Assembly: GCA_039934415.1 (NCBI GenBank)
Contig: JBDTME010000002.1
Coordinates: 14,351 to 78,350 of the forward strand
DNA length: 64,000 bases
Reading direction: 5' to 3'
DNA from: Patescibacteria group bacterium
GTDB lineage: Bacteria; Patescibacteriota; Microgenomatia; UBA1400; PJMF01
A program made the position numbers and the translations under genes. The notes beneath the pieces are model-generated. The model was not told the DNA's origin, did not search any database, and saw only the letters and a list, made by a program, of their open reading frames with translations. This document shows, piece by piece, positions 8,979-18,774 of the stretch (positions within the stretch are counted from its first letter, which is position 1; each line of letters begins with the position of its first letter).

Positions 8979-10850
8979 TTAAAGCTCTAGTTCATAGACA
9001 AGACTGCCAGCCAATGCATAAGCTTTGTTTGTGGTTGGGGAAAAAATGATATCGGTTGCTGCTCCGAGTGATGGACTTTGAATCTGACGCACAAACACAC
9101 CATCTTTCGATAAACGAACAACGCGGTTCTTACCAGATTCAAGCACAAAAAGTGAGTCGAGATTTTCTTTGGTATACACTTTTACCATGGACGAAAAAGG
9201 ATCCTGCAAACCTTGCACACTAAAAGCAGCGGGATTTCCACGTTGATATCGGAGTATTTGACCTTGTTGAGTACCTAACCATACATCTCCATCGATCGCG
9301 AATGAACTAATGCTTGGAAAGTCCAAATCTTTTTTATCTTGGAACCAACCAATGGGTTGAGGAGCTTCATCACCGTCTTTCGCAACTGAGTAACGAAATA
9401 AATTTCTTTTCTCCGCATTAAAAACATAGATGTAATCACCAAACACTCGCACGAACTGACCTTCTCTATTTGAATCTCCTTCAGGAATAATTTTCTCGGC
9501 TGCTTTCTTGGAATCAATCGGGAATTTATACACACCATCAGCGAGCACAAAAAGCTGATCAGTTGAAAAACTCAAATCTTTTAAGGTGGGATACTGACCA
9601 ATAGGCAGTAGGGTCTGTTGTTTTGTATCCAACATTAACGAAATGGCCACTTGTTTTTCCAAATCTAGAAACACAGCGGAATTTTGATCAGTGTCAGCTT
9701 TGGCAGCGATGAAATCAGCACGAACTAACCGGAAATCATAAAAAATGGGTAACGTTTGAAGCTCCACTTTCCCAGATACATCTTTAACAAATGATGAAAC
9801 TTGAGATGAAAACGCAGTGAGTGAACCTTTTACAAAAAGATTACCTTTTAATCCTGTCTGTTGAGACTCAAATTCCTTTTGTAAAACGAGTACTTGATCT
9901 CGAGCAGCAACAGTATCCGTGTTGGCCAGCTGCGAAAGCAGCTCCAGTCTTTGTTGGAAAGGTTGAAGGAATACTTGCCCTTGATGTATTTGAACTGATC
10001 GAAATACTAAGAATCCAATGAGAACAAAACCAATGGCACAAACTGAGAGCAACGCAACTGCAATTTTTCTCCGTTGATCTTTAGTCCATTGTCGATTTTT
10101 AAGTTGACGTAGTTGGGCAATTGCAGGAGGTATCTGTCGCACACCTTCGCGGCTTAGCAGGATCGCTTTTCTTGATATTTTTTTGAGAATGTAAAGATAT
10201 TTTTTTAGCTTAACTGACCAAGAAACTTGAGGTACAGTTGGGGTAACAGCTGGAGTGTCTGGTTGTACGTTCATTGGCTCAGCAACAACTTCAACAACAC
10301 TCACTACGCAGCGGTCAGATAAACCAGATGAATTAATGTGTGATTGAATATGCAATTGGATATCTGAAAAATGCAGTTTGCCTTCAGTAACTTGTGCAAA
10401 AAGTGGTGAAAGGGCAACAGAGGTAGATTGAGTCAGCACAAGATAGTTATCTTGATCCTGAACGCGACCTTCAACTACTTTTAATTCCTCACTACTTTTC
10501 AAAACTCGTCCGAATTTTTCGCCCCGTTTTAACCAAATCTCACCGTTCATTACTAACAAGTACATTTTTTCTTCAAAGACAAACACAGCTGCCAGCTCCC
10601 CATACAATTCACTCCACTGCTCTTTTGCACGTTCGATCAATGATAAAAAAGACGTCGGAGAATCAACATCAGTGTGCTGAAATTTTGCTTGAATGTCTTT
10701 AGAAATTTGTTGAGCATCAGGTCCAGAGATCGCAAACGCTACACAATGATCTAACCCTGAAGCAGTTTGAGCTGCAGCAAGAGTACTGGATTGACCAACA
10801 AATGATGTAGTGCGTAACTGAGCCATCTTAAAAAAGTACGATAAAGGCAA
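8979..10850 (-). CDS. hypothetical single-pass membrane protein with cytoplasmic N-domain and extracellular beta-propeller-like C-domain
   Basis: 623 aa with one central TM (IAVALLSVCAIGFVLIGFLVF). The C-terminal half has repeated beta-strand-rich segments (ILRYQRG, VVRLSKDG, LVYELEL). Co-oriented with the next two genes. Confidence 0.45.
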   Translation of the reverse strand: MPLSYFFKMAQLRTTSFVGQSSTLAAAQTASGLDHCVAFAISGPDAQQISKDIQAKFQHTDVDSPTSFLSLIERAKEQWSELYGELAAVFVFEEKMYLLVMNGEIWLKRGEKFGRVLKSSEELKVVEGRVQDQDNYLVLTQSTSVALSPLFAQVTEGKLHFSDIQLHIQSHINSSGLSDRCVVSVVEVVAEPMNVQPDTPAVTPTVPQVSWSVKLKKYLYILKKISRKAILLSREGVRQIPPAIAQLRQLKNRQWTKDQRRKIAVALLSVCAIGFVLIGFLVFRSVQIHQGQVFLQPFQQRLELLSQLANTDTVAARDQVLVLQKEFESQQTGLKGNLFVKGSLTAFSSQVSSFVKDVSGKVELQTLPIFYDFRLVRADFIAAKADTDQNSAVFLDLEKQVAISLMLDTKQQTLLPIGQYPTLKDLSFSTDQLFVLADGVYKFPIDSKKAAEKIIPEGDSNREGQFVRVFGDYIYVFNAEKRNLFRYSVAKDGDEAPQPIGWFQDKKDLDFPSISSFAIDGDVWLGTQQGQILRYQRGNPAAFSVQGLQDPFSSMVKVYTKENLDSLFVLESGKNRVVRLSKDGVFVRQIQSPSLGAATDIIFSPTTNKAYALAGSLVYELEL

Positions 10851-11094
10851 AAATGATCATGCTGACTGCAAAGAAAAAATGTACAAATGAGAACATTTTG
10901 AGTACTATCCCCGCAGTCGTTTTAAAAGTGGATGCCATTAAGAAGACTTGACGAATTACGATCAAGGCGAAAAGTGCATAAACAAAAAAGCCAATCAACA
11001 ACATGAGTCCAATCACATCCCAGAAAAGAGTGACACCTGTTGAAACGTTTAGGAAAGGTAGAAGAAGCTGATCGAAAGGGACGTTTGTATTCAC
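10828..11094 (-). CDS. small 3-TM membrane protein (YdbS-like?), hypothetical
   Basis: 88 aa, strongly hydrophobic. Lies between the PH-domain protein and the 623-aa protein with overlapping stop/start. Confidence 0.4.
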   Translation of the reverse strand: MNTNVPFDQLLLPFLNVSTGVTLFWDVIGLMLLIGFFVYALFALIVIRQVFLMASTFKTTAGIVLKMFSFVHFFFAVSMIIFAFIVLF

Positions 11095-11798
11095 CGAATT
11101 CTCCCTTCAAGTTGTTCACGTTCTTCTTCCATAATGAGTTCATTTAAAATCTGCACAATTTTCTCAGGATTTGGCACTTGTTCAAAACTCAGTTCTCGAC
11201 TGTTCGCGGCGGTTTGAATATCGACGGTTCCATAATCGAGTAACGAACCCAAAAACCCACCTGTCGTACTCGTAACATCTTCAATTCGATCTATTTGCGC
11301 CGTAGATAATTTCTTGTAGAGCATCGAATAAAAATCAATATCAACAACTCTCTCATCGGTAAGAATATTTACATTAAAAAACCACAATAAAAAACTCTCC
11401 AATGCAAAACCAAAAATGAACGTGTACCAACCAGCCAAAAACACTAAGTGGAATCGCTCAGGAAAAAAGTCCAACAATGGCACAAAAGACAAAATGATAG
11501 GTAAAAGTGCAAGGATTATCGCGACAAGTATCCACCAAATTTGCGTAGCGAAATGTCTACGCACAAATAGCACGATTCGCTCTTCTTCTGCTTGTGATTC
11601 AAAACTGACTTGAAGAGGTCTAGGGGAAAACGCTACATAGGGATTAGTACACCGAGGTGTATCACGTAAAACTTGCGAAAATTCAGTAATATCGCGAAGT
11701 TCACCTCGACGAGAACGGCGTGGTGTTTCAGCTTCCGACTCTGGTTGGACCTCAGTCTTAGCTACTGGTTTTTTTGGCGCAACATACACATCTGGCAT
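11091..11798 (-). CDS. membrane protein with bacterial PH domain (YdbT/DUF304-like)
   Basis: 235 aa. A cytoplasmic acidic/basic N-terminus, then two TM helices, then a C-terminal domain with the typical bPH_2 layout. Confidence 0.45.
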   Translation of the reverse strand: MPDVYVAPKKPVAKTEVQPESEAETPRRSRRGELRDITEFSQVLRDTPRCTNPYVAFSPRPLQVSFESQAEEERIVLFVRRHFATQIWWILVAIILALLPIILSFVPLLDFFPERFHLVFLAGWYTFIFGFALESFLLWFFNVNILTDERVVDIDFYSMLYKKLSTAQIDRIEDVTSTTGGFLGSLLDYGTVDIQTAANSRELSFEQVPNPEKIVQILNELIMEEEREQLEGRIR

Positions 11799-11885
11799 GA
11801 AGGTAGTATAACATATTGAGGAAATTTTCGATTTTACAAATTCACAACTTTTGAAGTGCTTCTAGTCATGTCGCTATTCTTCTTT

Positions 11886-13673
11886 TTAGCGTTCTAAGAC
11901 TGCCAAAAATGCTTCCTGATTTAACATCACTTTTCCAATTTCTTTCATTCGTTTTTTACCCTTTTTTTGTTTCTCTAACAGCTTTTTTCGACGAGTGATA
12001 TCACCACCATACAATTTTGCTGTGACATCTTTGCGATATGCTTTGATTGTTTCGCGTGCTACGATCTTGCCACCAATAGCAGCTTGAATCGGCACTTCAA
12101 AGTTTTGTCGTGGGACAACTTCTTTTAATTTCTTAACTAACTTTCTCCCTATAAACTCCGCTTTATCACGCACTACCACTTGTGAAAGTGCTTCGATGTG
12201 CTCGCCTTGAATCATGATATCAAGTTTCACTGCATCGACTGGGTCGAAAGTGCTCACTTCATACTCCATACTAGCAAATCCCTGACTGGCAGATTTTAAT
12301 TGATCATGAAAGTTGATGATTAACTCAGCCAACGGCAAAGTGTAGACCATCTGAACACGAGCACCTATGTTTTGTACTTCAAGTAATGTGCCACGAAACT
12401 CTTCAGTTAAAACTAAGATGTTTCCGTAATACTCTTTAGGCGTAAAAATTGTCATTTTTGTCATGGGTTCAAAAATGGTTTTGATCAAACTTGGATCTGG
12501 GAAATCAGCGGAATTGTGAATTTCGTGTCGAGTACCATTCGTTAATTCAACCTGATATGTCACTGATGGTGACGTCGTGATAAGTTCAAGATTAAACTCA
12601 CGCTCAAGCCGTTCTTTGACAATTTCGTTGTGTAAAATTCCAAGGAAACCAACCCGCAAACCATTACCTAATGCAACAGAGTGAGTAGAGGTATATTTCA
12701 ACGCCGAGTCATCAAGAATGAGCTTTCCCATCGCATCTTGTAATAAGACATAATCATCACCATCTATTGGGTAAAAATCCATATAGACCATTGGTTTTGG
12801 CTCATTGTAGCCTGGCAATGAATCAAAGGCAGGATGGTTTGCAGATGTGATCGTGTCACCTACCCGAACGCTGGTCACATCTTTGAGTCCAGTCGCAACG
12901 TATCCGACTTCACCAGTTTTTAAACTGGGAATCGGTTGCATTTGTGGTGAAAAAATACCAATCTCGACTGGAAGAGCAGATGTTTTAGTGACCATGAATT
13001 GAAGCATCTCTTTAGTGAGTTCACCGTCGATCACACGACTGTATGCAATGACACCTTTGTGTTGATCGTACTTAGACGTAAAGATGAGGGCACGCAGGGG
13101 CTGATCCGAGTCACCCTGTGGAGCAGGGATTTTTTGAACAATAGCTTCAAGAAGGGTGTCAATATTGAGACCAGTCTTTGCTGAAACTAATATCACTTCT
13201 TCTTCCTGAATATGGAACAACTCCATAAGATCAAGAATGACGGTTTCCACATCTGAAGATGGCAAATCAATTTTGTTTAAAACTGGAATAATGGTGAGAC
13301 CGAGCTGTCTTGCTTTTTCGTAGTTAGACAAAGTCTGAGCTTGAATGCCCTGGGTGGCATCAACAACGAGCAGCGCACCTTCACAAGCAGCTAAAGATCG
13401 CGAAACTTCATAACCAAAATCAACATGCCCTGGTGTATCAATTAAATTTAACTGATACTGTTGACCATCCTTGGCTTGATAATTCATCCGCACCGGAGCG
13501 AGTTTAATTGTAATCCCACGCTCTTTTTCAATCGGATTACTATCCATCATTCTTTCCTCGAGTACTCGCTCGCTGACTGTACCTGTAGCATGAAGCAATC
13601 GATCAGTCAGCGTCGTTTTGCCGTGATCGATGTGTGCAATGATAGAAAAATTACGGATGTGAGATTGAGGCAT
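11886..13673 (-). CDS. lepA: elongation factor 4 (LepA)
   Basis: G1 motif AHIDHGKTTL, DTPGHVDF and NKID; length 595 aa; conserved LepA C-terminal domain. Confidence 0.95.
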   Translation of the reverse strand: MPQSHIRNFSIIAHIDHGKTTLTDRLLHATGTVSERVLEERMMDSNPIEKERGITIKLAPVRMNYQAKDGQQYQLNLIDTPGHVDFGYEVSRSLAACEGALLVVDATQGIQAQTLSNYEKARQLGLTIIPVLNKIDLPSSDVETVILDLMELFHIQEEEVILVSAKTGLNIDTLLEAIVQKIPAPQGDSDQPLRALIFTSKYDQHKGVIAYSRVIDGELTKEMLQFMVTKTSALPVEIGIFSPQMQPIPSLKTGEVGYVATGLKDVTSVRVGDTITSANHPAFDSLPGYNEPKPMVYMDFYPIDGDDYVLLQDAMGKLILDDSALKYTSTHSVALGNGLRVGFLGILHNEIVKERLEREFNLELITTSPSVTYQVELTNGTRHEIHNSADFPDPSLIKTIFEPMTKMTIFTPKEYYGNILVLTEEFRGTLLEVQNIGARVQMVYTLPLAELIINFHDQLKSASQGFASMEYEVSTFDPVDAVKLDIMIQGEHIEALSQVVVRDKAEFIGRKLVKKLKEVVPRQNFEVPIQAAIGGKIVARETIKAYRKDVTAKLYGGDITRRKKLLEKQKKGKKRMKEIGKVMLNQEAFLAVLER

Positions 13674-13699
13674 GAAAACAGTGTTAGTAGCACTATCCG

Positions 13700-13724
13700 C
13701 CTTCGGCGGAAGTAGTCAGTATCA
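13700..13724 (-). terminator. GC-rich hairpin between rpsT and lepA (possible weak terminator/attenuator)
   Basis: CCGCC-TTCG-GCGG stem-loop. No clear U-tract on either strand. Confidence 0.15.
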
Positions 13725-13780
13725 AGGAATTATAAACGAATGAAGTGTCAAACTCGATATGACTAATGCAATCCACTCAC

Positions 13781-14107
13781 TTATTTCTTGGCTTTTTTAC
13801 TCTTAGACTTGGTAGACTTCTTGGCTGTTGCTTTTGATTTCGCTTTAGGTGCTACTTCAGGTTTCGCATCTCCGCCAGCAAGTTTTTTACTCAACTGAGA
13901 TTTCAAACGAGCAGCCTTGTTTGGGTGAAGCAAGTGCTTACGAGCAGCGCGATCAATCGCAGAAAAGGCACCAGAAATGGTGTCGACTGTGATCGATTTC
14001 TTGGCTTTATCCATCATGGTCTTCATTTTTGACTTGACGACCTGATTTCGCTCAGCTTTACGTTTACTCACACGAAGAGCTTTTTTAGCATTCTTTAAAA
14101 TTGGCAT
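13781..14107 (-). CDS. rpsT: 30S ribosomal protein S20 with Lys/Ala-rich C-terminal extension
   Basis: N-terminal AKKALRVSKRKAERN and AIDRAARKHLLHPNKAARLKSQLSK match S20. There is an extra KAKSKATAKK tail. Confidence 0.8.
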   Translation of the reverse strand: MPILKNAKKALRVSKRKAERNQVVKSKMKTMMDKAKKSITVDTISGAFSAIDRAARKHLLHPNKAARLKSQLSKKLAGGDAKPEVAPKAKSKATAKKSTKSKSKKAKK

Positions 14108-14183
14108 AAAACTCCAAAAACTAATACGAAAGAAAGGCTATTTTACCCTAGAAACCGGGGGAAGGCAACAAGGCAGGGACGAC

Positions 14184-14948
14184 CTAAAGAGCGGGAGTCG
14201 CCGATGGAGTCGCTTCGCCAACTGAAGTTTGATAAGTGAAATTGAAAGTAGACAGAATTTGGTCAAACTCTAAGAGGTACTTTAAATCACTTAATGTCAC
14301 TATATATAACTCTTCAGACTTGGTAATGTAGACAACGATCTTGCTTCCCAAGCCTGGTCCATCAGAGATTGTTTCTTGTTGTTGGATTGCTGGAAATCCA
14401 GCAACGGTAACATTTTTTCTGTTTTGAACGACAGGACTAGTACTCGTTGTATCTGGAATAGTTACAACTTTAGGATCAGCGACTTTTTGGACAGAAATGC
14501 TGCCTGGGGCAGTATCAAAAGCACAACTAACAGTTGTGTCAGCGAGAATAGAGGGTCCCACAAAGGTGCTTGCTACACCTGAGTCACACAGCAAATAATG
14601 CCAGTCGTTTGGCACTTTAAAACTCCAATTGTAATTTTGTACCAATCTCCACCCCCCCAATGGGTCAATTGTCATCGTAGGCATAGGAGATAAAGGCACT
14701 TCAGTTGGGGAAACCGTAATCTGATTCACAGTCTTAGGTGTCATGGGATACATCTGCCCTAATGCGTAGCCCCCAGCACCTACGGCCACCAGCAACAAAA
14801 CACCGATGAATAGATAAAGTGCATTTGATTTGGATTGGGTCTTCGCGACCGGTTGCGAAGGTGGGACTGAAATCATTGGAGTTTGGACTGGTTCATCCGA
14901 AAAATGAGCAGTAAGGTCATTTGTGGGCAATTGGGCGGGATTTTCCAT
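14184..14948 (-). CDS. hypothetical membrane-anchored extracellular protein
   Basis: 254 aa; N-terminal region, then TM (LYLFIGVLLLVAVGAGGYALG), then a Ser/Thr/Pro-containing ectodomain. Confidence 0.4.
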   Translation of the reverse strand: MENPAQLPTNDLTAHFSDEPVQTPMISVPPSQPVAKTQSKSNALYLFIGVLLLVAVGAGGYALGQMYPMTPKTVNQITVSPTEVPLSPMPTMTIDPLGGWRLVQNYNWSFKVPNDWHYLLCDSGVASTFVGPSILADTTVSCAFDTAPGSISVQKVADPKVVTIPDTTSTSPVVQNRKNVTVAGFPAIQQQETISDGPGLGSKIVVYITKSEELYIVTLSDLKYLLEFDQILSTFNFTYQTSVGEATPSATPAL

Positions 14949-15028
14949 TCTACTATCATCTCAACTTTGAGCCGTATTGTCAAAATACTTTTCCCTCTTC
15001 AGAGATTGAATAGTTGCACCTATAATCC

Positions 15029-16756
15029 ATGGATAGTTTCCATGACTTTTATCCTCAAAACTTGCCTATGACTCTTCACCTTCCCAAATTTATCACCTAT
15101 GGCAATCAGTGGCTCGAAAAGCAGCAGGTGAGTATCTTATCTGGAGCAGTCATCATTACAACGGCAGCATTGGTATCTGGAATTGTCGGTTTTTTACGAA
15201 CGTATGTATTAATTGCCTACTATTATCAAAATGGTAGCAATCCTTTAATCGACGCGTTTTACGTTTCATTTCGGTTACCTGAACTTGTATTTCAGCTACT
15301 TGTCATTGGTGCGCTCTCTGCAGCGTATATCCCAGTTTTCACAAAATATGAACACCAATCAAAAGAGAGCGCTTTTCGGATGGCATCAAGCGTTTTAAAT
15401 GTCATTCTGCTCTGTTTTGTATTTTTTTCTGCACTGATTTTTATCTTTGCAGTCCCTATTACTCGGTTCATGACAGGAAGTGGGTTTAGTGATAATCAGA
15501 TCATGGTGTCTGCACAATTAACTCGAATCATGATTTTCGCGCAGTTCTTTTTTGCAATTTCAAATTTCCTATCTGGGACGATTCAGTCATATAAACGTTT
15601 TATCATTCCTGCTATCACCCCCATTGTTTACAACTTTGGAATTATCATTGGCATGGTGCTTTTTCATAATTCACTGGGTATTTACGCTCCTGCTATTGGT
15701 GTAGTCATCGGCGCATTTTTACATTTCGCACTACAGATTCCTCTGGCAATCAAACTTGGATTTCAGTACTTTCCAACTATCGATCTGAAACATCCCGGTG
15801 TGAGAGAAATGTTCCGACTCATGACTCCGCGTACTCTTGCGGTATCAGTCGATCAGATAGAGCTTTTTGCTCTCACTTTCTTTGCAACACATCTGGCTGC
15901 AAATAGTATTGTGATCATTAATCTTGCCCAATCTTTGATGACTTTCCCAATCCGTTTATTCGGTGCACCAATTGGACAAGCTGCACTGCCATTTTTATCT
16001 AAAGAGTCGAACAGTGGACATACCGAACCATTTCGCCAGCTCATGGATGAGTCTTTGCATCAGATCTCTTTCTTTGCAATGCCCGCTTCAGTTTTACTCC
16101 TCATTCTAAGAATCCCAATTGTGCGCTTAACACTGGGTAGTAAGGGATTTCCTTGGGCAGCTACGGTTTTGACTGGTCGAGTTGTAGCGGTTTTGGCCAC
16201 GTCTATTGCGGCACAAGCTATGGTCCATGTCCTGATTCGCGCGTTGTACGCTTTGCACAATACCAAAGCACCGTTAGTGGCTTCGATGGCCAGCACGGCG
16301 ATCTTTCTTTCTATGAGCTACTATTCTGTCTTCTACACTTCATGGGGATTACTAGGATTGGCAGCAACATTATCATTCGCAACTATTTTTGAAATGATCT
16401 TACTACTCCTTCTTTTGGATCGTAAAATTCCTTTTATTCTCGAAAAACGCTTCTGGTTTCCTCAAATTAAAATTATCATCGCAAGTTTTTTGATGGGAGT
16501 CTTTTTGTGGTTGCCATTTCGCATCCTTGACCAGTTAGTATTTGACACGACACACACTGTTGAATTACTCGGATTAACCGTCTGCGTGAGCACCATCGCC
16601 ATGCTGACCTACATTTTATTTGCCTATTTGCTCGACATTAGAGAGCTATCAATCATTTCTCGAATATTCGATACTTTTGGAAATTGGAAAGCAATTTTGT
16701 CTAAATCACCAGAACTGGTCGAAGCTGCCGGACAAAGCAGTGAAACGACAATGTGA
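15029..16756 (+). CDS. murJ: lipid II flippase MurJ (MviN family)
   Basis: 575 aa with about 14 TM helices and the typical MurJ N-terminal block FLRTYVLIAYY...NPLIDAFYVSFRLPELV. Confidence 0.85.
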   Translation: MDSFHDFYPQNLPMTLHLPKFITYGNQWLEKQQVSILSGAVIITTAALVSGIVGFLRTYVLIAYYYQNGSNPLIDAFYVSFRLPELVFQLLVIGALSAAYIPVFTKYEHQSKESAFRMASSVLNVILLCFVFFSALIFIFAVPITRFMTGSGFSDNQIMVSAQLTRIMIFAQFFFAISNFLSGTIQSYKRFIIPAITPIVYNFGIIIGMVLFHNSLGIYAPAIGVVIGAFLHFALQIPLAIKLGFQYFPTIDLKHPGVREMFRLMTPRTLAVSVDQIELFALTFFATHLAANSIVIINLAQSLMTFPIRLFGAPIGQAALPFLSKESNSGHTEPFRQLMDESLHQISFFAMPASVLLLILRIPIVRLTLGSKGFPWAATVLTGRVVAVLATSIAAQAMVHVLIRALYALHNTKAPLVASMASTAIFLSMSYYSVFYTSWGLLGLAATLSFATIFEMILLLLLLDRKIPFILEKRFWFPQIKIIIASFLMGVFLWLPFRILDQLVFDTTHTVELLGLTVCVSTIAMLTYILFAYLLDIRELSIISRIFDTFGNWKAILSKSPELVEAAGQSSETTM

Positions 16757-16863
16757 CCAACTCTTTAATCTGCAAGAGCCCATATTTCAAGTCAGTAAGA
16801 TACCTAAGATTTTTACACGTTGAAAATGGGAAAATGGTAAACTGAAAATTTCAGTCCCCTTTC

Positions 16864-16892
16864 TTGCATCCAGTGAAGCGAATCAGTATGCT
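16864..16892 (+). promoter_or_regulatory. putative promoter for pilN-like operon
   Basis: TTGCAT, 17-nt spacer, TATGCT, located about 28 nt upstream of the ATG at 16920. Confidence 0.3.
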
Positions 16893-16919
16893 ATAGGTGA
16901 AACGATAATTACTCTGCCC

Positions 16920-17510
16920 ATGTTTTCCAAAAAAAATAAACTCACCATCGATCAAACCAGGATCAACTTAGCACCAAAAGATCCTTACCTAGAAAGTTTC
17001 CTGGGAAAAATTACGACTTGGGCGCTGTCAGTCGGCCGGTACTTAGTCATCTTCACTGAATTAACGGTTATCATCAGTTTTCTGACTCGTTTCCAACTCG
17101 ATCGCCAAGTCACAGATCTCAATAGCTCAATTGTTAAGCAACAACGAATCATTGAATCCTACGGAGACCTCGAGCAGAACGTGCGTGATGTGCAGAAAAA
17201 AATTCTTGACTATAACCAGCTTAAAGTCGGAAAACCAATGAAAGAAATTTTCGAGCAGCTCACGGCGATTACACCAGAAGAAATCAAGTACCAGGAACTT
17301 GACATTAATTCTCAAAAAATCATAATTCATGCTCATGCGAACTCTCGCCAAGCGCTTGACCGATTCATTCTCAACATTCAAGCAAGCAACTATTTTTTAA
17401 ATCCCGTTTCCGATAATATTTCCAATAAAGACTCTCGCACGCAAGGCTACGATTTTCAAATTTCCGCACAAATCGGTGAATTAAAAACCCAGGATGCAGC
17501 AACACAGTAA
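16920..17510 (+). CDS. type IV pilus assembly protein PilN-like
   Basis: 196 aa; an N-terminal INLAP motif then a single TM, as in PilN/fimbrial assembly proteins; coiled-coil periplasmic region. Confidence 0.5.
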   Translation: MFSKKNKLTIDQTRINLAPKDPYLESFLGKITTWALSVGRYLVIFTELTVIISFLTRFQLDRQVTDLNSSIVKQQRIIESYGDLEQNVRDVQKKILDYNQLKVGKPMKEIFEQLTAITPEEIKYQELDINSQKIIIHAHANSRQALDRFILNIQASNYFLNPVSDNISNKDSRTQGYDFQISAQIGELKTQDAATQ

Positions 17511-17516
17511 ATTGAT

Positions 17517-18209
17517 ATGGCCGAACAACCAAAAAAAATAAATCCAGCTGTGCAAGTCCAACAAGCGAAACGCTTCTTGTTGGAATTTTATCAAAAACCG
17601 GTAGCGCAAATTTCTACTGAACTTTTCTTCACGATTGCAGCGACCATCTTTTTTGCTTTATTCGCAATCAGACCAACTATCATCACCATGACTGAACTCG
17701 TCAAAGAAATCGATGACAAGAAAAAAGCACTTGAACTATTAACTAGAAAAGTAGCTGCACTTTCCACTGTTCAAAATCAATACTTTACGCTCCAAGATCA
17801 ATTTTATTTGTTCGATGAAACCATTCCCACCAACTTATCTTTCCAAAAGATTTTACAAATCATCGAAAAAACTGCAAGCGATTTACAAATCAGCATTACC
17901 TCACTACAGGTACAACGACTGCCGATCTCCACTGTAGACGAGCTACCTTTCAGTGGAAAAAAACCACAACTTGTTAATTTGACGATATCTATCACTGGAA
18001 GTTACGCACAAATTCGTGATTTTGCTGATCAATTGACTAGACAGAGACCTTTATTAACTATCGATAGCGTAAGCATCGCTAACGGCGAAAAGAGTGAATC
18101 ACTCGACTTTCTAACAGCCACAATCACAGTACAAGCTCATTACTATGGCAAAGAAGTGCTCAAAAAGAATGCTGTTCCAACAACCAATACGCAAGAACCT
18201 ACCCTATGA
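17517..18209 (+). CDS. type IV pilus assembly protein PilO-like
   Basis: 230 aa; N-terminal TM then a coiled coil (KKKALELLTRKVAAL); sits immediately after the PilN-like gene. Confidence 0.45.
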   Translation: MAEQPKKINPAVQVQQAKRFLLEFYQKPVAQISTELFFTIAATIFFALFAIRPTIITMTELVKEIDDKKKALELLTRKVAALSTVQNQYFTLQDQFYLFDETIPTNLSFQKILQIIEKTASDLQISITSLQVQRLPISTVDELPFSGKKPQLVNLTISITGSYAQIRDFADQLTRQRPLLTIDSVSIANGEKSESLDFLTATITVQAHYYGKEVLKKNAVPTTNTQEPTL

Positions 18210-18652
18210 ATAACGTAAATACATCAAAACCATTTTACCTTCAAGCACTCGCTGCACTCCGTCGCAGAGAAACACTGTTTCGAATCTTGTTGTTTACTCT
18301 TGTTACCGCTGCTTTTTGGATCGGATTTAGCATCTTCTTTTCTCAACAAAAAACTAAGGTGAGTATTGATATTCAAAAACACACTGAACCTTTGAATCCG
18401 AACATTGATAAAACATCATTAGAAGAACTAGCAACTAGAAGAGCGTTTACAGATCAAGAACTCGCTAATTTTCCGTTGTATGACCGAGTCGTCGGTGAAG
18501 ATAAAATCAGCAAGTTGGTGATCGCAGGGTCAGTTGTGGATGGGGTGGTGCAAGAAACTCCCGCAACAGCTTTAGTTATTAGTTCCTCTTCTGCTATTCC
18601 TTCAGCCACCACCGAGGCCGTACCACAAGCAACAGATTCTGGAAATTTCTAG
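18206..18652 (+). CDS. hypothetical membrane protein (pilus-operon associated)
   Basis: 148 aa, one TM, Ser/Thr-rich C-terminus; start overlaps the stop of the PilO-like gene. Confidence 0.35.
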   Translation: MNNVNTSKPFYLQALAALRRRETLFRILLFTLVTAAFWIGFSIFFSQQKTKVSIDIQKHTEPLNPNIDKTSLEELATRRAFTDQELANFPLYDRVVGEDKISKLVIAGSVVDGVVQETPATALVISSSSAIPSATTEAVPQATDSGNF

Positions 18653-18774
18653 AGTTAGTTGCTCTTATAAAACATCCCGATTTTTCTTGCACTACTTGTA
18701 AATTTCAGACGAATTCTTTAGAGTTAATGACAGAGTTTCAAAGAACCTGTTTGTAATAGGTCTCCGTTCTTTTT

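Noticed and set aside
8632-8990. Several small ORFs on both strands within smpB
   Set aside because: Embedded in the conserved smpB coding sequence.
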